Positions 20,000-31,385 are shown, counted from the first letter of the stretch. The stretch: DNA of 64,000 nucleotides from an uncultured Candidatus Saccharibacteria bacterium (GCA_964426555.1 CAYRQJ010000002.1:29556-93555); one strand, 5' to 3'. Notes: a model not told the origin generated them from the sequence alone. Translations and numbers: made by a program.

Positions 20000-20980
20000 A
20001 TGGCCAAAATTACAATAAAAGATATAAAAGTAAAACCTAAGAATGGTATAAATAAACAGGTAGTAATTAGAACATCGCAAACAGAGCCTCAAACTAATAA
20101 AGTTCAAAAATCTATAGAAAAAGAAAAACCCGTAAATGATTTAATAAAAAGCAGTTTTTCTAATAATGACGATACAGAATTTGAAAATTATAAAAAAATA
20201 CAAAAAACTTTAAATAAAACAAATAGAAAGCTGACTAAGTTTTTGGTTATTTTGTTTATCAGCATTTTATTTGTTGTGTTTGGTTTGTATTTTTTTACAA
20301 ATACGTATTTGACTATATCTCCTAAAAAAACAAAGATAAATGTCATATATACCATAAATCACTCGAACTGGAATTATCCAATAAAAGCACAAGTAATGGT
20401 TGTTAGCGATACAGTGTCGAATATAAATGAGTCAATACTTGAACAAGAAAAGGAAAAAATTACTACAAATTTAAATTCTCAAAAAGTATTTAATGCACCC
20501 AAAGGTTATTTAAATTATTCTGGGTGTTCCAGTGGTATTACTTTTTCAACTGAAATATTAGACGAGAAAACAAAAACATTAAATCTAACAGGTACTGAGT
20601 CTTTAATAATTATCGAGAAGCAAAGCCTATTTAATTATATATATAAACAAGGGAACTACGCTGATTCAAATATTAAAGATATCTCTGGATTAAAATGTTC
20701 ATTAAATTCAAACATAACATCTTACAAACAAGGAGTAGCCGCTAATGGGTTATCTTACAACATTACAGGGGAAATAATTTTTGAAAAAAAGATAGAAGAA
20801 GATAAATTTAAAAATTTAATTTCAGGAAATAAAAGAACTAGAATTTTAAATGAATTAAAACTAAATCAAAATATTCAAGAGTATAATTTTGTTTCAAAAC
20901 CTTTAAATTTTATGATGATTTTCCCTAAAAAGGTAAACCAAATTCATATTATTTATAGAGAATCCACAATAATTAATTAA
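20000..20980 (+). CDS. Hypothetical membrane-anchored protein
   Basis: Single TM helix (LVILFISILFVVFGLYFF), then an N/S/T-rich ectodomain. Confidence 0.35.
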   Translation: MAKITIKDIKVKPKNGINKQVVIRTSQTEPQTNKVQKSIEKEKPVNDLIKSSFSNNDDTEFENYKKIQKTLNKTNRKLTKFLVILFISILFVVFGLYFFTNTYLTISPKKTKINVIYTINHSNWNYPIKAQVMVVSDTVSNINESILEQEKEKITTNLNSQKVFNAPKGYLNYSGCSSGITFSTEILDEKTKTLNLTGTESLIIIEKQSLFNYIYKQGNYADSNIKDISGLKCSLNSNITSYKQGVAANGLSYNITGEIIFEKKIEEDKFKNLISGNKRTRILNELKLNQNIQEYNFVSKPLNFMMIFPKKVNQIHIIYRESTIIN

Positions 20981-20984
20981 TTAA

Positions 20985-21518
20985 TTAATTTTGGTTTTTT
21001 ACAAACTCAGCTTCAGTTTCTGGGTCAATATTTTCACTTACTATTATCATTAGTTCTGTTGTTAAACCAAGATCTCTTTTGATGTTGTAAAACATATGTT
21101 CAAAAGGGTAGGGTGATACCCAAACAGAATTTTTAATACAAATAAAACCAGCTTTTTTTAATAAATAACGTAATGATTCTCTTTCGTTTTTACGATTTTC
21201 AGGTAAATCAAGTAATATTATTCGCCATTTACCATCCCAAGTTGTGCTAATTGTCTCTCCACTATCCAGTTTAATACTCATAGCCTTTTTCTTACCTTGC
21301 TTTGTAAGCCTTGTGTATTCATTTTGACCAGAATGTATGCGTTCTATTAAACCAGCCTCTTCCAGGCCCTTTATAGAGCGAATAATTGCATATTTAGACT
21401 TACCTGAACCGTCTCTTGTTAGCTCATTTAAAGAAACTACTGGCTTTTCCGTTAGTATTTTTATGATTTTATTTGAATTATTTGGACTTTTGGCCATATA
21501 GTGCAAGATACTACACAA
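20985..21518 (-). CDS. PaaX-family transcriptional regulator
   Basis: Winged-helix N-terminus. C-terminal WDGKWRIILLDLPENRKNERESLRYLLKKAGF..NSVWVSP matches the PaaX C-terminal domain pattern. Confidence 0.5.
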   Translation of the reverse strand: MCSILHYMAKSPNNSNKIIKILTEKPVVSLNELTRDGSGKSKYAIIRSIKGLEEAGLIERIHSGQNEYTRLTKQGKKKAMSIKLDSGETISTTWDGKWRIILLDLPENRKNERESLRYLLKKAGFICIKNSVWVSPYPFEHMFYNIKRDLGLTTELMIIVSENIDPETEAEFVKNQN

Positions 21519-21555
21519 TTGTATTTTTTACAAGTATTTCGTGACCGCTAAATAC

Positions 21556-21583
21556 TTGCATAAATTCATAATTTGTATATAAT
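21556..21583 (+). promoter_or_regulatory. Putative sigma70 promoter of dnaK (TTGCAT-N16-TATAAT)
   Basis: Hexamers at 21556-21561 and 21578-21583. A direct repeat of TTGCATA flanks it. No CIRCE or HAIR element found. Confidence 0.45.
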
Positions 21584-21617
21584 ACATTGCATACAAGTAG
21601 TAAATTTATAAAATATT

Positions 21618-23510
21618 ATGTCAAAAATCATTGGTATCGATCTTGGTACAACAAATAGCGCAGTTTCTATAATTGAAGCTGGTCAGCCTAAGATAATCGA
21701 AAATATCGAAGGTAACAGAACTACACCTTCTATTGTTGCTCAAAACAAAACTGGAGAAAGACTGGTTGGTCTTTTAGCTAAAAGACAAGCAGTAACAAAC
21801 CCTGAAAATACTATTTTCGGAATCAAAAGATTCATGGGGCACAATTTTAGTGACCCAGAAATAATGAAATCTGTTGGAAATCTTCCTTATAAAATTAGTG
21901 AAGGTAAGGATGGTGGAGTAGAAGTTGCTCTTAATGGAGTAGCTACTAGACCTGAAGAAATTTCAGCAATGATATTGTCAAAAATCAAAGCAGATGTTGA
22001 AGCTAAATTAGGCGAAAAAGTTACAGAAGCGGTTATTACTGTTCCTGCATATTTTAATGATGCTCAAAGAAAAGCTACAGTTGATGCTGGTAAAATTGCA
22101 GGGCTTGATGTAAAGCGAATAATTAATGAACCAACAGCAGCAGCGTTAGCTTATGGTTTTAATAAAAAAACAAATGAAAAAATTGCAGTCTATGACTTTG
22201 GAGGTGGAACATTTGATGTATCAATTCTTGAAATTGGAGATGATGTTATTGAAGTAAAATCTACCGATGGTGATTCACATATGGGCGGTGAAGATATCGA
22301 CCATAAAATAATTTCATTCATTGCAGACGAATATAAAAAAGAAAGTGGTATTGATGTAACAAAAGATACACTAGCTCTACAAAGACTTAAAGAAGCAGCG
22401 GAAAAAGCAAAGCATGAATTATCTACTACTAACGAAACTGAAATAAATATTCCATTTATTACATCTGATGCAAATGGCCCTAAACATTTATTACTTAAAA
22501 TTACCCGTGCTAAATTAGAAGAACTAGCTGCTGAATATATAAACCGCTCAATTGAAATTACAAAAAGAGCAATAGAAGCTAGTGGTATTAAAGCTAGTGA
22601 AATTGATGAAATTATTCTTGTAGGAGGACAAACCAGAATGCCTAGAATAATTGAAGCAGTTAAAGATTTGTTTGGTAAAGAACCAAATAGATCTATTAAC
22701 CCAGATGAAGTTGTGGCTTTGGGGGCTGCTGTTCAAGGTGGGGTTTTGCAAGGTGAAGTTAGAGATGTATTACTTTTAGATGTTATTCCACTATCACTGG
22801 GTATTGAAACACTAGGAGGTGTTGCAACAAAATTAATCGAAAGAAACACAACAATTCCTGCAACAAAATCTCAAATATTCTCTACTGCTGGTGATAACCA
22901 AACATCGGTTGAAATTCATATTGTTCAAGGAGAAAGACAAATGGCACAAGACAATAAACCACTGGGAAGATTTATTCTAGATGGAATTCCACCAGCTCCA
23001 CGTGGAATGCCACAAATTGAAGTTAGCTTTGATGTTGATGCAAATGGAATACTTAGTGTAAAAGCTAAAGATAAAGCTTCTGGAAAAGAACAAAGTATTC
23101 GTATTGAAGCTAGTTCTGGATTAACTGATTCTGAAATTGAAAAAATGAGAAAAGACGCAGAATTATATGCTGAAGAAGATGCAAAGTTAAAAGAGCTTGT
23201 TGATGTAAAAAATACTGCAGAAATGCTTGTTTATACTGCAGAAAAATCTTTAAAAGATGCTGAAGGCAAGATAAGTGAAGAAATAAAAAAATCAGTTGAA
23301 GATGCTATCGGTGAATTAAAAACAGTAAAAGACAATGGATCTATCGAAGAAATTAAATCTAAAACTGAAGCATTAAGCAGTGTTTTGTCTAAAATTGGAG
23401 AAGAAATGAATAAAGCAAATCCTGAAAATAATAATTCTACAGAAAACCAAGAGAATGTAAAAGAAGCAGATTTTGAAGAAAAAAATACAAACAATGAAAA
23501 ATCTGAATAA
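21618..23510 (+). CDS. dnaK: Chaperone DnaK (Hsp70)
   Basis: [34 protein letters not shown]. 630 aa. Confidence 0.95.
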   Translation: MSKIIGIDLGTTNSAVSIIEAGQPKIIENIEGNRTTPSIVAQNKTGERLVGLLAKRQAVTNPENTIFGIKRFMGHNFSDPEIMKSVGNLPYKISEGKDGGVEVALNGVATRPEEISAMILSKIKADVEAKLGEKVTEAVITVPAYFNDAQRKATVDAGKIAGLDVKRIINEPTAAALAYGFNKKTNEKIAVYDFGGGTFDVSILEIGDDVIEVKSTDGDSHMGGEDIDHKIISFIADEYKKESGIDVTKDTLALQRLKEAAEKAKHELSTTNETEINIPFITSDANGPKHLLLKITRAKLEELAAEYINRSIEITKRAIEASGIKASEIDEIILVGGQTRMPRIIEAVKDLFGKEPNRSINPDEVVALGAAVQGGVLQGEVRDVLLLDVIPLSLGIETLGGVATKLIERNTTIPATKSQIFSTAGDNQTSVEIHIVQGERQMAQDNKPLGRFILDGIPPAPRGMPQIEVSFDVDANGILSVKAKDKASGKEQSIRIEASSGLTDSEIEKMRKDAELYAEEDAKLKELVDVKNTAEMLVYTAEKSLKDAEGKISEEIKKSVEDAIGELKTVKDNGSIEEIKSKTEALSSVLSKIGEEMNKANPENNNSTENQENVKEADFEEKNTNNEKSE

Positions 23511-24069
23511 GAAAAGTACCAGACATGTTTCTGTTAAATATAAAAAAGATATAATTAAATCTGATAAAAAAGACCAGTCTCTTCGTGGTGTCTTAAATAA
23601 AATAAAAGACAAACAAAATGCCTGTGTAATTATACTGGACGAATTAACCGATGTTCATAATGTCGGAGCGATAATTCGTTCAGCTGTAGCTACTGATGCT
23701 GATGCTATTGTTGTTAGTAAGCACAACCAAGCTCCAATTAACGATACTGTAATTAAAACTTCGGCTAATACTGCCCATATGATTACTGTCGTAGAGAGTA
23801 ATGTAAATGAAGCTATTAGAACACTAAAAGAAAATGGTTTTTGGGTACATGGTTTGTTTATGGATGGTGAAAGTAATCTTTGGCAAAGTGATTTAAAAGG
23901 CAAGGTTGCAATTGTTGTTGGGTCAGAAGGTGAAGGTATACATGTTTCAACTCGTAAATTATGTGATTTTTCTTTAGCTATACCAATGAACAAAAGTGTA
24001 GAATCATTAAATGCATCCGTTAGTGCTGCTGTTGCAATGTATGAAAGACTAAGACAAATAAATAATTAA
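23494..24069 (+). CDS. SpoU/TrmH-family RNA 2'-O-methyltransferase
   Basis: [30 protein letters not shown] are the SPOUT motifs. Start uncertain (23473 or 23494); it overlaps the dnaK 3' end. Confidence 0.7.
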   Translation: MKNLNKKSTRHVSVKYKKDIIKSDKKDQSLRGVLNKIKDKQNACVIILDELTDVHNVGAIIRSAVATDADAIVVSKHNQAPINDTVIKTSANTAHMITVVESNVNEAIRTLKENGFWVHGLFMDGESNLWQSDLKGKVAIVVGSEGEGIHVSTRKLCDFSLAIPMNKSVESLNASVSAAVAMYERLRQINN

Positions 24070-24070
24070 T

Positions 24071-24940
24071 ATGGCCTCAAAAGATTATTATGAAATATTG
24101 GGGGTAAATAAAGGTGCAAGTAAAGATGAAATCAAAAAAGCTTTTCATAAGCTTGCACACAAATACCATCCTGATAAAAACAAAGGTGATGATACTAAAT
24201 TCAAAGAAGTAAACGAAGCTTATCAAATCCTATCAGACGATAATAAGCGTTCAAGTTATGACCAGTTTGGCAGTGCTGATGGCGCACAAGGCTTTGGTGG
24301 ATTTGGCGGTGGGCAATCTGGAGGCTTTGGAGGTTTTGATTTTTCTGGGTTTGGTGGTAACCAAGCTGGATTTGATATGGGAGATTTGGGTGATATTTTT
24401 GGTGACTTTTTTGGATCAGGTAGACAATCTAATGCTCAAAGACAAAAAAAGGGGCGCGATATTGTAACTGAATTAAACATTCAATTAAGCGAATTAATCT
24501 TGGGTTCTAAAAAAGAAATTCGTATTAAAAAACTTTCAAAATGTGATACATGTAGTGGTAATGGTGGAGCAAAAGGTGAAAAAGAAATTACATGCGACAA
24601 ATGTTCTGGTAAAGGTAGACTTGTTCGCATTAGAAAAACGATACTTGGAGCAATACAAGAAGCTTACGAATGTGATAAATGTGATGGCGAAGGTAGTATT
24701 GTTAAACATAAATGTAATACTTGTCATGGTTCTGGAAGTATCCAAAAAGAAGCAGAATTTAGTGTAAACATTCCAGCTGGAAGTAATAACGGCGATACAC
24801 TGAGACTGTCTGACGCTGGTGAATATATCAAACGCGGAATAAATGGAGATTTGTACATTAAACTTAGACTTGATTTCCCTCGTAAATTAAACGAAAAACA
24901 AAAGAAAGCACTAGAAGAATTACAGCGAGAAGGTCTGTAA
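24071..24940 (+). CDS. dnaJ: DnaJ-like co-chaperone (J domain, G/F region, four CxxCxGxG repeats), C-terminally short
   Basis: [33 protein letters not shown] (HPD). Four zinc-finger repeats [32 protein letters not shown]. Only about 70 aa follow, versus two full CTDs in canonical DnaJ. Confidence 0.8.
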   Translation: MASKDYYEILGVNKGASKDEIKKAFHKLAHKYHPDKNKGDDTKFKEVNEAYQILSDDNKRSSYDQFGSADGAQGFGGFGGGQSGGFGGFDFSGFGGNQAGFDMGDLGDIFGDFFGSGRQSNAQRQKKGRDIVTELNIQLSELILGSKKEIRIKKLSKCDTCSGNGGAKGEKEITCDKCSGKGRLVRIRKTILGAIQEAYECDKCDGEGSIVKHKCNTCHGSGSIQKEAEFSVNIPAGSNNGDTLRLSDAGEYIKRGINGDLYIKLRLDFPRKLNEKQKKALEELQREGL

Positions 24941-24970
24941 TTAACTTTTTCATGTTATAATATATTTGTT

Positions 24971-25972
24971 ATGAAAAGTTTTTTATTAAAAATAATTATA
25001 CTAAGTTTGATCTTTGTAGGTTTTTTTAAATACAAAACTGAAATATTAAACCGCGCAAAGCCAGTCATAGATCATTATCGAAATATAATTTCTTCTGTAT
25101 TGCCAAATTCTAATAATTCTATTACTGGTCCGTGTGATGAACCAATTTATTATAATTTGGGTATTATTGATGCTAAATTTAATTTAGAAGATAAATATGT
25201 ATTGGCTGCATTAATTGAAGCTGAGTCTGTATGGGAAAAGGCAATAAATAAAAATTTATTTGAATACAATCAAAACCAAGAAAACCCAATGAAAATTAAT
25301 TTTCTTTATGATTATAGGCAAGAAGCCAGTAATACTATGGCTAAAATTGGCATCAAGGTGGAACAAACCCAAGATTCTTATAATGAAGTTAAAGCCAAGT
25401 ATTTTTCTTTAAAACAAGAATACTATTCTCTAAAAATAACATACGACAAAAAATTAAGTTCTTTTAATAAAAAAAATAAAGACTTGCAGGCGCAAATTAA
25501 TATATGGAATAGCAAAGGTGGTGCTCCAAAAGAAGAATATGATAAATTAATAAAAATTCAACAAGAACTAACTAAAGAATTCAATGAAATTAGTTTACTT
25601 GGTCAAAAAATTAATACACTAGTAATTAATGTTAACTCACTAGCAACAACTCTTAACTCTTTAGCCAATGTATTAAATATTAATGTTGGTGAATACAATA
25701 AAATCGGTCAAAGTTTAGGAACATCTTACGAAGAAGGTCTATACAAAAGCAATGGGCTAACTTCGTCTATTGATATTTATGAATTTAAAAATCATGATCA
25801 ATTAGTTAAAATTTTAACTCACGAACTGGGCCACGCATTAGGTTTTGAGCATGTAGAAGACACAAAAGCTGTGATGTATAAAATAAACAATAGTAATAGT
25901 TTAGTTTTAAGCCAATCTGATATATCACTTTTAAATACAAAATGTAGCTTGGGTATTAACATTGCTAAATAA
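24971..25972 (+). CDS. Membrane-anchored metzincin-type zinc metalloprotease with coiled-coil region
   Basis: HELGHALGFEHVEDTKAVMY (HExxHxxGxxH plus Met-turn). N-terminal hydrophobic anchor. Confidence 0.55.
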   Translation: MKSFLLKIIILSLIFVGFFKYKTEILNRAKPVIDHYRNIISSVLPNSNNSITGPCDEPIYYNLGIIDAKFNLEDKYVLAALIEAESVWEKAINKNLFEYNQNQENPMKINFLYDYRQEASNTMAKIGIKVEQTQDSYNEVKAKYFSLKQEYYSLKITYDKKLSSFNKKNKDLQAQINIWNSKGGAPKEEYDKLIKIQQELTKEFNEISLLGQKINTLVINVNSLATTLNSLANVLNINVGEYNKIGQSLGTSYEEGLYKSNGLTSSIDIYEFKNHDQLVKILTHELGHALGFEHVEDTKAVMYKINNSNSLVLSQSDISLLNTKCSLGINIAK

Positions 25973-27224
25973 ATTTATGAAATTTGATTACGATGTTATT
26001 GTTATTGGTGGAGGTGCAAGTGGAATGATGGCGGGAATTTTTGCCGCAAAAAACAAAAAGAAAGTTTTAATTATTGAAAAAAATAATGTTTTAGGTAAAA
26101 AACTAAGCATATCCGGAGGAGGACGATGCAACATCACAAATAACGAAGAAGATCTTCAAAAATTCTTAAAGCATTATAGTAAAGTAAAAGGAACTGAGCA
26201 GTATTTATATTCGGCTTTTTCTAAATTCGATAAAAATGATTCATTTGATTTTTTTACAAAAAATGGGTTGCCTTTGGTAGTTGAAGCAAACAAAAGAGCT
26301 TTTCCGGCATCACACAAAGCAGAAGATGTAGTAAGTTTAATGGTAAAAATGTTAAAAGAACTTAATGTTTTGATACTAACCAATAGCTCTGTATCAAACA
26401 TAGAAGAAATAGATAATAAAATTGTATCAGTTACAGCTGGCGGTAAAACAATAACTGCGAATAGTTATATTTTAGCAACCGGGGGTCTTTCTCATCCTGA
26501 AACTGGGTCAACAGGGGATGGTTTTAAATGGCTTACATATTTGAGACACACTGTTAAAGACCCAACACCATCGATTGTGCCATTATCGGTAAAAGAAAAA
26601 TACATAAAAGAAATGACTGGGGTAACAGCTGAGAATATAAAAATTACTTTTTATGTTGACGAAAAAAAGTCATTTAGTAAAAAAGGGAACATCTTGTTTA
26701 CTCATTTTGGTGTCTCTGGGCCAATGATATTAAACAGCGCAAGTAAAGTTTCAGATTTATTAATCGAAGGAATTGTAACTGCAAAAATTGACCTTTATCC
26801 CAGTTTAGATATTGGTAGTCTTGATCAAAAAATTATTCAAATATTTGATAATAATAAAAATAAATTATTTAAAAATGTATTACCCGAATGTGTACAAACT
26901 GGTATGGCAAAGTCTTTAATAAAAATTAGTGGTATTGATCCTGAAATTAAAGTACACAGTATTAGTAAAATTGACCGTCGCAAATTTGTGGATTTATTAA
27001 AATCTTTAACTTTTACAATAAACGGTTTGATGGGGTACGACCGTGCAGTAGTAGCTGATGGTGGAATAAATTTAAATGAAATTGATATGAGAACAATGAG
27101 ATCTAAAATTATAGACAATCTTTATGTAACAGGGGATTTACTGGATATTAACCGCCCATCCGGAGGTTTTTCCTTGCAACTTTGTTGGACTACAGGCTAT
27201 GTCGCCGGAGTAAATGCCAAATAA
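25962..27224 (+). CDS. FAD-dependent oxidoreductase (HI0933/aminoacetone-oxidase-like flavoprotein family)
   Basis: YDVIVIGGGASGMMAGIFAA (GxGxxG dinucleotide fold), LSISGGGRCNITN. Confidence 0.65.
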   Translation: MLNKFMKFDYDVIVIGGGASGMMAGIFAAKNKKKVLIIEKNNVLGKKLSISGGGRCNITNNEEDLQKFLKHYSKVKGTEQYLYSAFSKFDKNDSFDFFTKNGLPLVVEANKRAFPASHKAEDVVSLMVKMLKELNVLILTNSSVSNIEEIDNKIVSVTAGGKTITANSYILATGGLSHPETGSTGDGFKWLTYLRHTVKDPTPSIVPLSVKEKYIKEMTGVTAENIKITFYVDEKKSFSKKGNILFTHFGVSGPMILNSASKVSDLLIEGIVTAKIDLYPSLDIGSLDQKIIQIFDNNKNKLFKNVLPECVQTGMAKSLIKISGIDPEIKVHSISKIDRRKFVDLLKSLTFTINGLMGYDRAVVADGGINLNEIDMRTMRSKIIDNLYVTGDLLDINRPSGGFSLQLCWTTGYVAGVNAK

Positions 27225-27228
27225 ACCT

Positions 27229-28620
27229 TTATTTTAAAGGATTTATTGCAACAATAGATGAATCTTTAGTGTCAATAACAATATAACCATTGGAATTTAG
27301 GGTCTCACGAAGCTCATCACTTTTATTGTAATCTTTGCTTATTCTCGCGTTACTTCTTTCTGTAATTAATGCTTGAATATTTTCAGGAATAGTTTTATCT
27401 AGTCTGTAATATTCATTAAAACCAAGACCAAGAACTGAATCTATATTTAGAATTGTATTTAATTTTTCTTGTTCAGCTATATTCTCGTCGTCAAATATTG
27501 CAATAAATGTAGCAATAGCTTCAGCGGAATTTAGATTATTATTTAATGAATTTTTAATTTTAGATAAATAATCTTGATTTATTATATTACTGTCAGTATT
27601 AATTGTATTATTAATTAGTATTACAAATTTTTCATACATTCTTATTAATGATGTTTCGGCAGCGGAAACAGCATCCCAAGTAAAGTTGGCTTGAGTTTGG
27701 TAATGTGTACCATACAAAAATAATTTATACGCAAGAGATGAAATAGATTTAGATTTTAAATCATCAAGCATTAAGAAATTGCCATCCCTTTTTGCCATTT
27801 TTTTACCGTCAATTAATAAATGTTCACAATGTAAAAAATAGTTTGAAAAAATTGCATCATTTGCACATTCAGACTGCGCAATTTCATTTTCGTGATGGGG
27901 AAACATATTGTCTACACCACCAGTATGAATATCTATAGTAGTACCTAAAAATTCTTGCGCCATAGCACTACATTCAATATGCCAACCAGGACGGCCTTTA
28001 CCCCAAGGTGAATTCCAAAAAATTGTTCCGTCAGTTTCATCGTAAGCTTTCCATAAAGCAAAATCTTGAATACTGTCCAATTCGTATTCATCATTATTCA
28101 TACGACCAGATGCATTTTGTTTCAAGCTATCTTTATCCAGTGCAACTAATTTACCGTAATTTTTATCTTGGTCTACTTTAAAATAAACACTGCCATCATG
28201 TGCTAAATAAGCAAAACCTTTCGCAATTAATGCAGTAATGATTTCTATCATTGTAGGAATACTGTTTGTAGCACGAGGATATAGTTCTGCAGGTAATAGG
28301 TTTAAACTTTCTCTACCACTATAAAAATCTAATTCGTATTTTGTTGTTAATTCTTTCAAACTAATACCCAGTTCATTTGCAGATTTTATAGTCTTATCAT
28401 CTACATCGGTTAAATTTATTACTTGTTTTACTTTAAAATCATTTAAAATCAAAACTCGTTTTAGCAAATCAGCAAAAATATAAGATCTATAATTACCAAG
28501 ATGAGGATAGTTATAAACCGTAGGGCCACATGTGTACATTAAAACTGACCCATCTAAATTAATAGGATTAAATGCTTCATTTTTTTTAGTTAATGAATTG
28601 TATAGTTCTAAAGAAGCCAT
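27229..28620 (-). CDS. cysS: Cysteine--tRNA ligase
   Basis: MYTCGPTVYNYPHLGNYRS (HIGH-type), KMAKRDGNF (KMSKS-type), zinc-binding Cys. Confidence 0.85.
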   Translation of the reverse strand: MASLELYNSLTKKNEAFNPINLDGSVLMYTCGPTVYNYPHLGNYRSYIFADLLKRVLILNDFKVKQVINLTDVDDKTIKSANELGISLKELTTKYELDFYSGRESLNLLPAELYPRATNSIPTMIEIITALIAKGFAYLAHDGSVYFKVDQDKNYGKLVALDKDSLKQNASGRMNNDEYELDSIQDFALWKAYDETDGTIFWNSPWGKGRPGWHIECSAMAQEFLGTTIDIHTGGVDNMFPHHENEIAQSECANDAIFSNYFLHCEHLLIDGKKMAKRDGNFLMLDDLKSKSISSLAYKLFLYGTHYQTQANFTWDAVSAAETSLIRMYEKFVILINNTINTDSNIINQDYLSKIKNSLNNNLNSAEAIATFIAIFDDENIAEQEKLNTILNIDSVLGLGFNEYYRLDKTIPENIQALITERSNARISKDYNKSDELRETLNSNGYIVIDTKDSSIVAINPLK

Positions 28621-29519
28621 TTTTTGTGCTTGAAATGAAGAATAATCAAAGTTCCAATTAATAATAGCGACACTGCTATGTATATAAATTGTTCAGGGGT
28701 TTCAATAATATGTACATTTGTAATCATAGCTATCATTGTAGCCACCAGTGTTAAAGGGAAAGTAGTAAACGACATAATTGTTAAGATACGCATTGTTTTA
28801 TTTGTCTTTGCAGACAAAAGAGAGTCGTTTGTTTCGCGTAAATCTAGCAATAATTCTTTGTGTCCATCCAATATACTTGAAATTTTATGTAATTCACCAC
28901 GCATAGATTCAATAGATATAGTAAATTCTTCATTAAAAATTTGGACTGTTGGTTTGTCTAATGATTTAAAGATTGCGTCATGAAAACGTAATGCTTGTTT
29001 AAAATCTAAAATTTTTCTATTTACTTCAGAAAGTTCTATTACCATACGGTCTTCGTGACCTTTGTATATTTGTTCTTTAACACCTTCAAGCATTTGATAC
29101 AGGTCATCTAATTTATGATTTGCTTGTTTATAAGATTCATTAATTATAGCTTGGAAAACATGTCCCGCATGTTTAACGGGCAAATTTTTATTTAAAATTA
29201 ATTCTAATTCTAAATTTCTTGTAAAATCGTGTATTGCATTAGAAAATTCATAATGTACCGTAATAAGAAAATCTTTACCGATTATAAAGTCAATCTCAAG
29301 ATCGGGCATTCTTTTTTCATTATGAACTCGGGGAAAATGAAGAACCAAATAAACCATATTTTCATATGTATTTACTTTAGATAAAATAGTTTCAGTCACT
29401 AATTCTTCAGTGAGATATTCTGGGACATTATATTGACTAAGAACATGTAATAATTCATCTTCGGTGGGGGTCTCAAGATCAATCCATGTTACTCCTTGGT
29501 ATTTATATGTTGAAAGCAT
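28608..29519 (-). CDS. CorA-family divalent cation transporter with non-canonical signature
   Basis: Soluble N-domain plus two C-terminal TM helices and a KHKKWLL tail, as in CorA. The position of GMN reads AMITN. Confidence 0.5.
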   Translation of the reverse strand: MLSTYKYQGVTWIDLETPTEDELLHVLSQYNVPEYLTEELVTETILSKVNTYENMVYLVLHFPRVHNEKRMPDLEIDFIIGKDFLITVHYEFSNAIHDFTRNLELELILNKNLPVKHAGHVFQAIINESYKQANHKLDDLYQMLEGVKEQIYKGHEDRMVIELSEVNRKILDFKQALRFHDAIFKSLDKPTVQIFNEEFTISIESMRGELHKISSILDGHKELLLDLRETNDSLLSAKTNKTMRILTIMSFTTFPLTLVATMIAMITNVHIIETPEQFIYIAVSLLLIGTLIILHFKHKKWLL

Positions 29520-29622
29520 GAACGTATTATAGCAAACAAATTGCTATTTTGTATATATTTATATTAAAATTAATGTTTGACAATGATCATAAAAATATTG
29601 TATTGTTTTAAAAAACATAGCT

Positions 29623-30006
29623 ATGATTATTATTAGAAAAAATTCGCATTTTGTAAAAGCAGATGTACCAGAAAGAATAAGTATTATCAAATTTCTAATG
29701 CAGAAAAAAAGAGTATTATGTCTGCATAGTAAAAAATCTTTTGCCAAGTATTTAAAAAGTAAATACGCAGAATATTATGGAGATTACATTTCGGATAAAA
29801 CAATCCATGCTGAAATTCGACTTTTTATTTTTATCACAAAATTAAAAGAAGATGGCGAAGGTTCAAGCATAAAAGCCAGATTATACGAATATAGCTCAAA
29901 AGATAAAACTCTTAGAGCTATAAAGCTTTTTGTAAGACCAGAACACCCAAATGGTCTTGAGTTAATAATCCCCTTAAGGGAAATATATAGTTTAACTCTG
30001 TATTAA
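29623..30006 (+). CDS. Hypothetical protein
   Basis: 127-aa ORF after a TTGACA-containing upstream region. No motif. Confidence 0.3.
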   Translation: MIIIRKNSHFVKADVPERISIIKFLMQKKRVLCLHSKKSFAKYLKSKYAEYYGDYISDKTIHAEIRLFIFITKLKEDGEGSSIKARLYEYSSKDKTLRAIKLFVRPEHPNGLELIIPLREIYSLTLY

Positions 30007-30116
30007 TACAAAAAAAATATTACATAATAGCCTTGGTAAAAAAACCAGGGCTATTTTTATACCCTTTACTTTTTTGAATAAATATTGTACTATATTTATA
30101 AATAAAACTTAAAAAT

Positions 30117-30812
30117 ATGAAGAAATTGATCTTAATTATCGTAATGGCAGTATTACCTTTAGAGTACATATCTGCTCAGTGTGGAAACTCACCGGAGTTT
30201 GTAAAAAATCTTACTAATTACAATAAGCTTTATGCTCATGGTGACACCAGTTTTACCTCATCTGCTGAAAGCTTAAAAGTAGATATCGAAAAAATTAAAA
30301 GAGCTATTAAAGCTCTAGAATCAGTCAAAACTGAGGAAGATTACGCAATCATTCTTGTACTGTGGCCTTTTAGTGAAATTGATGATGAAACTAAAATAGA
30401 CTGGCATTTTGAATACGGGGATAGCAGTTATTGGACTTTTAAACATGGAGATTACACATTACACAAAGAAATTAACAGGCTCTATAATTTGTATCTTGAA
30501 AAACTAGCCAAGAATGAATTTACAATAAAAGCCCTGGCTTTTATTAATGACGAATCAAAAAACATTTCAATGGGGGCAACTAAAAAATTTGAAATTGTTC
30601 CAAAATTTACTTTGCGTAAAAAAATTAACGAGTATTCAAATTATGAAATTTATATTCTTGTTCATTTTTGTTATGAAAAAGAGATGGGGGATTTATCTTC
30701 TATCTTAGATGACAAAGAAGCCCTGCGATTAGCTGCAGATAAATTAGTAAAATCTGATTGTTTGTTGTATAAAGAACTGGGGAAAGAAATGCGAGAAGAA
30801 GTAAATCAATAA
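30117..30812 (+). CDS. Hypothetical secreted protein (signal peptide)
   Basis: MKKLILIIVMAVLPLEYISAQ looks like a signal peptide. Hairpin at 30836-30862 downstream. Confidence 0.4.
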   Translation: MKKLILIIVMAVLPLEYISAQCGNSPEFVKNLTNYNKLYAHGDTSFTSSAESLKVDIEKIKRAIKALESVKTEEDYAIILVLWPFSEIDDETKIDWHFEYGDSSYWTFKHGDYTLHKEINRLYNLYLEKLAKNEFTIKALAFINDESKNISMGATKKFEIVPKFTLRKKINEYSNYEIYILVHFCYEKEMGDLSSILDDKEALRLAADKLVKSDCLLYKELGKEMREEVNQ

Positions 30813-30908
30813 AATTGTTTACAACTATAAAATCAGAGCCTGCTATTTTAGTAGGCTTTTTTATTTGTAAAATTTAAATAATGATTATATTATTAAAAAA
30901 GATATTTT

Positions 30909-31385
30909 ATGAAAAACACAGAAAAAGCATTTATTTGGATAACTGATATTCTTGAGAAAAAGAGAATCAAATACAAAATATCTGGTGGTTTTGCTGTAAG
31001 AATTTATGGATCAAATCGAGAACTGGCAGATATCGATATCGAGGTTGCAGATGAAGATATTCTATTAGTTAAAAAAGAGGTAGAAGAATATATTATATAT
31101 GGCCCAAAAAGGTATTTAGATGAGGACTGGAACCTTAATCTTATGACACTAAATTATGCAGATCAGGAAATTGACATAGCCGGAATAGATGCAAAGATTT
31201 TTAATAAAAAAACAAAACAATGGGAAAATTTATCAAGTAACTTAGACACAATTGAAATCAAGGAAATTTTTGGTAAAATGGTGCCTATAGAATCACTAAA
31301 GTCTCTAATTAATTATAAAACAAGGCTTGGTAGGGAAGTTGACGTAGATGACATAAAACAACTAAGCTTGCATAAAAAGCCTTAA
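30909..31385 (+). CDS. Nucleotidyltransferase of the Lnu(A)/ANT(2'')-like family (lincosamide/aminoglycoside nucleotidyltransferase-like)
   Basis: YKISGGFAVRIYGSNRELADIDIEVADED aligns with Lnu(A) Y-W-L-D-G-G-W-G-V-D...RE.RDIDIDFDA. Similar size (158 aa). Confidence 0.5.
   Translation: MKNTEKAFIWITDILEKKRIKYKISGGFAVRIYGSNRELADIDIEVADEDILLVKKEVEEYIIYGPKRYLDEDWNLNLMTLNYADQEIDIAGIDAKIFNKKTKQWENLSSNLDTIEIKEIFGKMVPIESLKSLINYKTRLGREVDVDDIKQLSLHKKP

Noticed and set aside
21520-21617. CIRCE (HrcA) or HAIR (HspR) operator upstream of dnaK
   Set aside because: Only a TTGCATA direct repeat and a loose acttgcat/atacaagt inverted repeat about 30 nt apart are present. The spacing and sequence do not fit either operator.
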